Source: a virus (Duplodnaviria; Caudoviricetes). From it: a stretch of DNA of 30,598 bases. Numbering within the stretch: position 1 is the first letter of the stretch; every line of letters starts with the position of its first letter. Position numbers and translations under genes: made by a program. The DNA lies in the IMG/VR virus record IMGVR_UViG_3300037961_002660, positions 1 through 30,598 of that record, one strand, 5' to 3'. The notes beneath the pieces are model-generated. The model made no database searches. It was not told the origin of the DNA and was given only the letters and a program-made list of their open reading frames with translations. Below, piece after piece: positions 17,100 to 27,900 of the stretch.

Positions 17100-17903
17100 A
17101 TGCCGAGCCATTATTCTAAGAAGAAACAAGAAGAGGAAGAAGCTTTGAAAAATGCGCAGGGGGTTATGCGCACTGAGGTTGATGAAGATGGCGAGCCAAT
17201 CGATCCAAAACTACGTCTTATTGGCACAGCTAGTAAACAAAATAAACCTATTACTTCAGGCGCAGGAGGAAGCACAGGCTCAGGAGCATCAACAAAACAA
17301 CCAACTTCCTTTGCTCAATCTGACCCAAGAGTGAGAGAAGAGCGGGAGCGATTAGAAACCGCTAGGTATAACGCAATGCGGGATGGCTCTATGAAACAGG
17401 AGCGTAGGGATTTGATGGACAGGTTGACCAAAGCTGTTGACCTAACTAAAGAACAGGGAAGAGATGATCGGATTGCGGAGATAAAAGATATTGCTTTGAA
17501 CGAGCTGATGGTTAAACCCGAAGCATTTGAAAGACAGTTGACCAAAGCAAACAAAACTTCACAAAGAGCATATGATGCTTTCTATGAAAGGAATACAAAA
17601 GGTGGGGGATTAAATCGCAGGAGAAAATTATATTCTCGTATGGGTGGTTTGAGAAAAGCAAGGAGGCTCAGGAAGATGGGGTTTGTAGATGCGGCTAATC
17701 AAGCAGCATCAGACTGGGCAAGGTCAATGGACAGTGAAGCACCTGCTGTAGCAACTCAAGGATTCTTAGCAGCAAGAGGGCAAGCTATGGACAGAGTGGA
17801 AAGAACAAGACAAAACAACGCTAGGTTGCAGCAGCTTCTTGTAGATAGAATGGAACAGCGTCTTAAAGAAGACCCTAAGTTTATGCCTAACGTAGTAATA
17901 TAA
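17100..17903 (+). CDS. Hypothetical protein, probable internal virion/ejection protein
   Basis: 267 aa, helical, rich in R/K/A/Q with a Gly/Ser linker; first of three genes ending in the giant ORF. Confidence 0.5.
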   Translation: MPSHYSKKKQEEEEALKNAQGVMRTEVDEDGEPIDPKLRLIGTASKQNKPITSGAGGSTGSGASTKQPTSFAQSDPRVREERERLETARYNAMRDGSMKQERRDLMDRLTKAVDLTKEQGRDDRIAEIKDIALNELMVKPEAFERQLTKANKTSQRAYDAFYERNTKGGGLNRRRKLYSRMGGLRKARRLRKMGFVDAANQAASDWARSMDSEAPAVATQGFLAARGQAMDRVERTRQNNARLQQLLVDRMEQRLKEDPKFMPNVVI

Positions 17904-18880
17904 TGGCTGAACAAGATAACATGCCCCCCGATAATTTCTTTGAGCGTGATATAGCTCCGCTCAGAAACAACTTTAATCTTACGAGAGAGGAGACTGCGTT
18001 TATTGGTGCTCTTGAAGATCAACGCATGGCACCCCAACTTCAAATGCAAATGAAGTTGCGCTCACAGCTTCTGCAAGAAAGGAACGCAGACTTAGCATAC
18101 CAAAGTAGTTTGTTTGAATTTGAAGAGCGTAAGAGAAAGGCTCAAGAACAAATTGATTTTGCTGACAAAGCTGAAGCTGTTACTAGAGATCTTAATAATA
18201 TAGTTAACGACAACACTAAATCTGTCTTTGAGAAACAACAAGCAGTAGCTACATACGGAATCCAAAATGCACAATTGATTAGCAAGATTCCATCTGCTGG
18301 CATCATGTTGAGATCGGCAGAAAGCTCACTCAAGTCTCAAGCTGCACAAACAGACGCTGCTGATAAACAAAGCGGAACATTATTCCAAGTAGCTCAGACA
18401 GGAGCTATGACTCCTGAACAGTTCTCTGAAGAAGTAAACGCAGATGGCATCGTCACAGATAGAGAAAGAATCCTAGAGAGGATGAACAAGTCTATCTTCG
18501 ATAGGAACAAAGCTAGAAGTGACGCAGCAACTGCTGCTGCTGGAGCAAAAGCTGACGCAGATTTTGATGCGACAGTGCGAAGACAACTAACCGAGGACTT
18601 ATCAGGTCTTGATGATATTGCTGCGTATGTGAAGTCTGTCCAAGAAGGAATGCCAACGCAGGGCATGGACGAGGATGCAGATACATTTGCTGCATCAAAG
18701 ACAAAGTATGAGTCTGAACAACTAAAAGATATAGGGTTGCCAGAGGGAATCAACACAGTTCAAGCTGCTCAAAAATATATCCTTCAGCAAAGGAACAAGC
18801 TGAGATTACAGTCGAAAACCAGAACACGAGCCGATGACCCAGATGGCGCGGGAGGAGACATGACTGACCCAATTGATTAA
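17903..18880 (+). CDS. Hypothetical protein, probable internal virion/ejection protein
   Basis: 325 aa, Ala/Gln-rich coiled coil, no Cys or Trp, TAATG-coupled to the previous gene. Confidence 0.55.
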   Translation: MAEQDNMPPDNFFERDIAPLRNNFNLTREETAFIGALEDQRMAPQLQMQMKLRSQLLQERNADLAYQSSLFEFEERKRKAQEQIDFADKAEAVTRDLNNIVNDNTKSVFEKQQAVATYGIQNAQLISKIPSAGIMLRSAESSLKSQAAQTDAADKQSGTLFQVAQTGAMTPEQFSEEVNADGIVTDRERILERMNKSIFDRNKARSDAATAAAGAKADADFDATVRRQLTEDLSGLDDIAAYVKSVQEGMPTQGMDEDADTFAASKTKYESEQLKDIGLPEGINTVQAAQKYILQQRNKLRLQSKTRTRADDPDGAGGDMTDPID

Positions 18881-18917
18881 TATATAGATATAACTAAACA
18901 ACATACCTGCTACTGCT

Positions 18918-21900
18918 ATGTCAGATCCAAGCAACCCAATAAAAAATAATTTTGTAGAAACTTCGTTTAGCGAATGGAGAGCTAATAACCCATACGAAGA
19001 TAAAGTTGAAAGTCTAGGCAGGTATACAGAGCATCTACGAAATGAATATCTTGAAGCAGGGAGATATGACGAAGTAGTTGAGAGCCAGCTCCAGACTAAT
19101 TTAAGTAAAGGTCTTCAGGCTAACCAACTGGTAACTCAAGAAAATGTTGATCAGATTAATCAACAGCTTAAATCTTTTCGTAAGCCTGACCTATTAACAT
19201 CTGTAAACACTCTGCTTGATGGAGACCCCATCAACGATGAGTTCCTTGATGATAGGCAAAAACAAATTCTAACTCGCTTTCAAAAAGAAAAAGAGCTGGG
19301 CCAACAAGGAGATGTAGCAACTGTCAGTGAGATTGTTCGCGAAGCAAACAGGGAAAAATATACTTCTCTATACAAGTCAGGAGAAATACTAGCCGCTGTC
19401 ATTGAAGACGAAGAAGGTAACGAAATATTTTTAGGGGGTCAGATTCCTGAGAATATGACCGAAGCAGATGTTCTGAAGAAGACATCTCAGTATGGCGTCA
19501 GTGCATCCAACTTATTTGACCTTCGTTTCAAGAGAGAAGTTATGCCTGAGAATAATGGACTGATGAGATATGAAGTCCAGAAAAGACAAATGGCTGACTT
19601 TGAGGTTAGGGAACTATTGGCTAACACGGAGGATTTGGGAGTTAAAGCTGCACTATATGGTTTAGCTAAAGAATACGCGGACGATAAAACATGGGACTGG
19701 GGAGACAAGTTCAACTACTGGGCAAGTGATGGTTTGCAAGACCTGTTGCGGGGAGTAACTACTTTCTTTAGTAGCGGCGAAAAGAAAAAGGAGGGGCAGA
19801 AGGCAATCGTCTTGGATAAACTTCGTGAGAAGTATGAAGACGAAACAGATGAAGCAAGAGCGAAGCTCCGCACGTTCATTCAAAATGAAACAGATTATTC
19901 CTCTGACGTTATAGATGACGTTATCAACGATGTTACCATTAAGTATGCCTTCGGAGGAGATGCTAAAGAAAATGTAAATCCGTTTACTAAGTATACAGAT
20001 AACGAGGATGAGCAAGACAAGAACGTCCACAGGACCAGATATAGCGGGACTCTTGTAGCAGCGGATCTTATTTTATCCCCTACAAAATTTAGCGAAGCTT
20101 TGCGCCAAGCTGGGGTGACAGGTAGAGCAGCAGCACTAGCAGAAAAAGAAAGAGAGTTGGCAGTCATAAGAGATTATGACCGTATGTCTGAGATACTTTT
20201 AAAAGAAGAATCTACTTCTGAAGAGTATCAAAAAGCAATTATCGAAGGTAAACAAAAAGGCTTAACTAATTCCCAAATCATAGAGGGTTTTAGAAAGACA
20301 CACGACTTCGGGAAAATTGCCCATCGTTTCAGCGGGGTGGGTAGTAGTATAATAGAAGGTTTTCAAAGTATTGGTTATGGTCTTGCTGCTGCTGGGTTAG
20401 GTTCTGAACAATGGGGACAAGAAGGATTAAAAAGAATATCAGAAAATAATGCACATGACCGCGCCGTAGCACAAATCTTCGGTATGGAGATGGGAGCAGG
20501 ACAAGATTTCATGGAGGCTATTGCCCCTATGATGACTGACGCTGCGTTAACTGCATTGTTAACAGCGGGAACTGCAAAAGTAGGAGCATGGGGAGGTGCC
20601 GCTTACATCACAGCTAAATCATCTGGAACTGCTGCTGCCAGATCTTTAATAATGTCAACGGCTAGACAAGCACTTGCCACCGTAGGTAAGGAGACAGCAG
20701 AGGAAGCCGCCGAAAGATTACTTAAATCGACGGCAATGAAGGGAGCTAGTAGGGATGCTACCTTTACCGCTGTTAAAGCTTATAACAGTAAACTAGCTAA
20801 GAGATTAAATATTGGTGCCGCATCATTTATTCCTGCCGCAACAAGATCTGGTTCTAATACTTACGGAGTTATCTTTCAGACAGTTGAAGATGATCTAACT
20901 CTGAAACACAAAACTGAAGAAGGTTGGGAAGAAGGTTGGAGTCTTGAGAGAGTAAAAGAAGAAGCACATGACGCAGCAATTGGCGGTGCCATAACTCAAG
21001 GCACGATAACTGGATTACTGACTGCTGGTTTTGGTATGATTGGTAGGGGTGGTCTTGAAGAAGCATTCATGCGGGGCATGAGTTTCCGCCAGATGAAACA
21101 GATTACTTCTAATGTAATGGGGAGAAATCTTGGCGATGCTACTTTCCAGAAGATAATGAATGCCGCCATAACTAAGGTGAAGAAAGTTCATCGATTAGAA
21201 GCACCTAAAGGATTTCTTAGGTCGGCTCTTGATGAGGGTATTGAAGAAGGTGTTGACGAGTTTATCAACACGTTAACTGTAGACGCTTTCACAAACCAAG
21301 AGACATCCTTGTTTGATCGTATGTCTTCAGCATGGCATGGGTTTGTTCTAGGTGCTGCTTTAGGTGGGAGTGGTAATCTTGTTAGCAAGACTGCAAAAAA
21401 TATTGCCCCCAAAAGATTTTTAGATAGGGCTGCTGCCGCAAGAGTAGAGCGTGATGTATTCAAAGAGTATGAGCGTGAGGTAGAAGCACAGGGTCTGGGA
21501 GAAAAACTAAGGGAAGCTGGTTCACCAGCCACGGCACAGGAGGCAGAACGATTGATCCGCCAATACAAAAGAGCAGAGCGTCCTGAAAAAACTGCAACAC
21601 TAGAGCCTACTCGTAGTGCGGTTGAAGAAGTAGAGGACGAGATCGATTCGATTATTGAAGCAGAAGGTGACGAGCTTAGTGATGCGGAGATGGATGAGAT
21701 CAACGCAGAGTTAGCAACCTTAGTGACTCCTGAAGCTGTAAGAAAAGAGATGCAGAAAATTACTGCGGACGATTTGCAAAGCACACAAGTTAATCCTGAC
21801 GCTGCCAGCAACCCAGCAATTGAAGTAGCTCAACAAGCAGAAGGAGGTTCAACTTCAGCGGCAGTTTATCTTTCGTCACAACACGCAGCTAAGAACACAC

Positions 21901-24900
21901 AACTAGAATTAGATGAGGAATACGCACTGATTCTGGATGACATTCGATACAAAGAAAAATTGTATCGGAAGATGGAGCGGGAGCTTCAAGGTAAAGAGGG
22001 TGTCTCTGCGGACAGATTGAGGAAAGCTTTAGATGATGCTGTAGCAAATGGTAAAGCCCTAAGCCCCCAAGATGCAAAGTTCATGCGAGCTGAAGCCTCG
22101 AAAAGATTTAAGGAAAAACAAAATGAACAAGCAGCGTCTGATAAAAAAGGATCAAGCGAAGAAGATATTAAGTCTATTGAGGATTTAGTTAAGGCTGGGT
22201 TCCCGCACACACTCACCATTGATCAGTTAGAAAGACTTGGTATCGCTACAGATAATTTAGATAAAGCTTCCCTAAGAACTCTTACTAAAGAGTTGAGGCA
22301 AAAGATTGAAAAAGAGTATCCTGTCATAAAAGAGTTTGATGACGTAGCAGCTACACTTCCTTCAATCTATGGGGCTAAAGGTAAGGTGCGTATATCTTCA
22401 TCTGGGATGGGTGTGTTTGATAACAACCCTGTCACCATGCTCACTTTGCTGGAGAGTAATATACAAATACCTATTCCTCAGGATGTAGTAGACGGAGGTA
22501 AAATAAACCCAGCGTTCGAAACCGAGCGTAGAGGTGGGCAGACTTTTGTTACCGACATCATGGTTCGGGAATCAGGAGGCATGGTGTCAGCCAAGACAGC
22601 TTTCAATAAAGTTGGTGCGCTAGAAGAAGATTACTCAAGGGTTGCTGATGCAGCCACTAAACTAAACGAACTAAAAGCGGATGTTCAAATCAGCGAAGAC
22701 ATCAAAGTAAGGAATCCCTTTAACACAAAAAGTAAGATTAAACTTACCACTCTACTAGATAGAGTTAAAGACACGACACTTTTACAAGCAATACTAGAGG
22801 TCAACAGCCCAGACTTTGTAAAGCTAACGCAAGGGTTTAGGCAATCTGCACTAGTAACTTCAAGTGTAGAGATGCAAGCTGCTATCTACGAGTATGCTCA
22901 AAAGGTTTCCTCTGGTGTTGAGGTTGAATCTTCTCCGTTCAAAGTAGCTGAAGTTGCTAAACCCACAGCAACTTATTTCTTCAACCAACAAGTAGCTAGA
23001 AAGAAACGTGCCGCTAGAAGTTTGGTAAGTCTAGTTAGTGATTCTGAATTTAATTCTGACACAGTAGCACCAATACCAGATACCTATGTTCCAGTTGATC
23101 CAAACCCACTTCCTCCTTTGCCCACAAGGAAAGTTACTAATTACATCGAGGATCTTCAGGCAGCAGGTGGAGATGCCTTAGATAATAACAATCAATTAAG
23201 AGGCTCAATAGCCAACCTTCTAAATTCAGAATATCACAGAGGAACAAATAGAGCGTTCGTATTGCGGTCACCTCAGTTGTTCACTGAGTTTTTGCAGTAT
23301 ATGAGTAAGGGTAACTACGCTCGCTCAAAAGCTGCTAAGGCTTTCCAGACTAATCTTAACAATGGTTTGTTTGAAGCAGAAGGGGATGTAGTTCGAAAAG
23401 TTTTAAGGACTCTTAGTTTATCTGACGCCGAAGTAGAGTTGCCAATTGATCAAGACCCTGAGTTTTTGCAGCAACTCAAGGCAGACTTACAAGACTTAGC
23501 TGGTGCAGATTATACTGTCACCGATGGTCAAGTTCTTGCGTTCCACGTAGACTTAGCTAAGGCGGGAGCCGAAGCCAAATTCCAAAGGGCAATACAGAAC
23601 GGTAGGTCTATGAGAGTTAACGCTGGTGTTAACGATGCCATACTAGAAGCTTTAGGAATAAGTAGTAACGACCCTGAAGGTGTAATCGAAGCACTGGAAA
23701 AAGTAGTGGGTGGCAAAAGCCAAACTCAATCTACTATTGCTAAGGTTCTTCTTGCTGACAAAGAGTTTATAAGAAGTATCAAGTTTTCTTTCGAGGCAAC
23801 TACAGCAGACTATGCGGGAGCATACTACTTAGATAACGAAGGTAACCCTAACATTGTAATCAACGGTGCGAGGGCAAGTGACCGAGGGGTAGTTGATGTA
23901 TTGCTACATGAGTTAGTCCACGCATTTTCAGACAGGGTATTATCGAAGTCACCTGAGGTCCGCACATCTAGTGAGAACAATGCCATCAATAGGATCGAGT
24001 CATTGCTCAAGATCCTACGCAAAAGGGCAGCTTCAGAAAACGCACCTGACAGTGTGTTGTATGGATTAAAGAACATTGATGATTTCTTATCTACCTTCCT
24101 TACTTCTCCAGAGTTCCAAGGCTTTGTAAAAAGCATGAGGACTTCATCAGGAGAGAGAAACTTTATCCAAAGGATTATTGACGCCATTGCTAATTTATTC
24201 AGTAGGTCCAATAAAAGATTTCAACAAGCACTTCAGGATTCCTTAACCCTGACTCAAAGGAGAGGAATCTCTGAACCTGAAACAGCAGAAGGATTCGCGA
24301 GTCAGATTGCATCTAAGCTATCAAGGAGACAGGGCACACGGTCCAGACTCGCCACCAGTATTGGAATGGCTGAGGACATTAATACTAATGAAGCTCTTGA
24401 TAATGCTGCGGTAGAATACTTTGCATTCGCTGCCAACTATGTCCCACCAGAGATCAACATCGTTATGGATAATACCACCGATGTTATTGCTGAGTGGGAT
24501 GCAGAGTCACAATCAATTGTGTTCAACGGTCGGAGGGCGGCTGCGAAAGTTAATCAGCTAGTCGCCGCTGTTGACGGCAGACCTATTAGGAGAGAGCACA
24601 TACTTGCTGCAATCTTGAATGAGGAAATTGCACACGTTGCATCCTTTGCCCAGTTAAGTCAGGATCAAATCGAAGCACTAATGGCTGGTATCAATGATCT
24701 TGATGCACAAAGTATCATCGAACAATACTATCCAGAGGCAGAAAGGGAAGCGGCACTAGCTAGATTCAGGAGTGAAGACCCTGAAATAAGCAGGACCGAA
24801 AGATTTATTTTAGCAGAAGAACAGTTGCGTATCCACGTTCAGAAAGTTCTCCGTGGTGCGGAGACCAATGAACAGGTTAACTTCCTATTGGAGAACCCAT

Positions 24901-27900
24901 CCTTGCTCCAGACTGTTAAGCAGTATTTCAAGAATGTTCTTACCAAACTAACATACCGTAGGAACTTGAAGGACGTTTCTCCTGAAATGAGAGACGCTGT
25001 TAACAGAGTTGTCACAGAGGTTCGTGCGATGGAGATGGCATACAGGCTTAGTCCAAATGGTATGCACTTCGATATCGAGAACTCAGAGGCAACAATGAAT
25101 CAGATGCTCAAGCAGTTGGAGATGCATAACTCTATCACTCCTCCAGAAGAGGACATTGATGAAGAAGCTCCACCCGCACCCACACTACAATCTAGGTGGG
25201 GGGCAGACGCTGGAACTGTTCCTTCCGATCATGGTGCTGTAGGTAAATTAGCGAATGGTGAATCCATTGGAAACTTTACTGCACTACCAGCAGAGATTCT
25301 TGCTGACGCCAAAGATCCTAACAAGACTGTTAATGTTACGTTGTCCCACACCAACATAACTCTTGGCAGAAGAAGCAGAGAGTCCGAAGAAGACTTGCAG
25401 AACTTCCCCTTAGGTGTGATGCCATTCTCGTTAGAGATTGGGGGTGCAAAGTATAATGCATTCAACGTCCGTATGAAGAATGCAGGTGTTCCAAACCTAG
25501 ACGAAACTATCTACAAAAACTTTTTGTCTAAAAAATCTGCCGCCAAATATCAGTTGTCTGAGAACATGAAACTCAAGGATGTCTTAGACAGAATCAATGC
25601 TGTTGCAAAGAGAACTGGGGTTACATCAGCAATCAACATGACTGATATTAAGTTGACCAACCCTGAACTTAAAAACAAATCGCCTAACTCTTTGATACCA
25701 AAAGATACTGTTATCTATGCACAAGGACCAAAGAATGTAATCGGCGGACCAACAGGAGAACTAGTATCTGCTAACGAAGATATTGATGTTTCAGATATGA
25801 TGGAGGGGTGGGATGCGATAACATATAATCCTGCAATGGGTAACTACATGTATCGTGTAGCTGAGGATAGTGCAGGTAGAACTCGCTTCTACACACAGAG
25901 TAAGTTTGTTGGTGCTGATGAAATGGTCATGGTTAGTAACCTTGATACAGGAGACACGAACCCATTTCAAAACTTCGCGATCTGGGTTAAGGGTGCAAGA
26001 TACAAAGCTGTTGATCCACAAGTAGATCCTCCCGCCCATAAGACAATCAAGGAACTAATCGACAAGAAGCAAGCTGAACCGACTCCGCTCAAGCCAGCTC
26101 TTCAATCTCGCGTAGGGTCTGATATTGATTTGGGTCTGACGATGAAGAGTTTCAAAGTAAACTCTTACCCCAAAGAGTTAGACTTATTTAAGACCAAAGC
26201 AGGTAAGGTTAAAGGGGCACCTCCTCAAGTTAAGTCTAGTCAGGATGTTACTAAAGTAATGAACAGACTTAAAAAGCTCACGATTGAAGGAGCTGTTGGT
26301 AGGTATTGGTATGAGGATGCAGCCAGTAAAATACTTGAGATAACTAAAGGCGATGTTGTTGAAGCAGAAAAGTTTATTGCACTGTTAGCAATTTATTCAC
26401 CTCAAACTGGGGTTGAAGTTAATACTTACTTTGCTGTCAGAGCGTATGAACAACATGCGAATGGAGTTAGTCGTGAAGACTTTGGTGTAAAGACTAGCGT
26501 TCAGGATGATAAAGCGAGGGCAGTTCTATATGACATCCAACCTTGGGACGGAAGAAAGACAGATAACTTTTACAAGAACTTAATGTTCCACATAGTTTCT
26601 GAAGCTTCACCTGATCAACTGAATGCTATGCAGATTGACCCAGCATTCTTAAAAGAATTACAACAACCTGTCACCGTAGACATGTGGGTGTATCGTGCAT
26701 TGGGTTATGACACAATTGGTTTAACAGATGCAAAGGGGCAGGGTGCTTTTGGGTTTTCTGAAAAGCTGATAAATAGATTAGCTTATGCGTTGAATCAAAA
26801 CCTTCCAGAAGGGGCTGACCCATATCAAGCACATCAGATACAAGCTATGATTTGGACGGCTATCAAAGCGCGTTCAGAACAAAAAGATGTTAAGAAAAAG
26901 ACGGAAGCTCAGAGTGTTAAAGCAGGTGATCTTGTTTACAAGACAGACGCAAAAGGCAAGAGGACCAGATCATTCCCAACCAAAGAAGCAGAGCGTAAGC
27001 ATCAACTTCGTTGGACCAAAAATGCTTTGGCCGCAGAAGGTGTAGACTTCATAGAAGCCTCACGTTCCTTTGATTACTTTGTCAACACAATGGGCATGAC
27101 TGCTACGTGGGAAGTCATACCATCTACTCTTACAGACATAGGTAAACAATTAGCTGCAATGTCCTTTGATGAGAAGAGGGCATTCACACAAAAAGCGATG
27201 GGCCTTATTGTAGACCCAGAGACTGGAGAGGATCTCTTAGCAAGAGAACTAGGAATATCTTTATCAACTGTTGCTGGTTCAGCAGGTGGTTATGCAGGAG
27301 GGGTAACACCGAATGTTATATCTACAGTTTATCCTAACAAACCATCAGGCACATACGATGATGACGCTATAAGAGCTTACTCCAGAGCACTACAGTTTAT
27401 CTTCAAACAAGATGCTGTGCCTTGGTCTCGTCTAATTAAGACAACCAAAGAAGATTTACACTACAAAGTAGTGAATGAAAATGGGAGAACCATACGCAAG
27501 TTTGATTCACAAGGAGCTGCGGAAGACTACGCAGCTAAAGCTAAGAAAGATTATACGGTTGCAGGTGGGGAACAATCATTCGGTATTAACTTGGCTTTCA
27601 ATGAAGAGCTTACTGAAAGTAAACTACAAGAAATACAAGACTACTTGTCATCAGTAAACTCAGATTTAGGCTTCACCCAGATATCTGATAACGAAGTTAT
27701 TGTGGTTAACTATAAGATGGACTACAATAATATGTTACCCGTCTTGACAGACGAAGACTTCAACGATAAAATAATTGAAAGATATGGACAAGAAACAAAA
27801 CAAACCTACTTCACAACAGTCGGAGAATACGGATACCACGACTGGTCGGATGACAGCGAAGGAGCTACTATCTTCCAAACCAGTCCCCGATTCACATCCG

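Noticed and set aside
21188-21811. 207-aa - strand ORF and the many other short - strand ORFs from 17315 to 30142
   Set aside because: Antisense shadows of the + strand genes, with the Ser/Leu-rich composition expected from reverse-complemented Glu/Lys/Arg codons.
27475-27657. 60-aa alternative-frame ORF in the giant gene
   Set aside because: No promoter or RBS seen and no motif, unlike the 27784 ORF.
27775-27783. TTG start given by the track for the nested ORF
   Set aside because: Only 2 nt after the -10 box and therefore upstream of the expected TSS; ATG 27784 is preferred.
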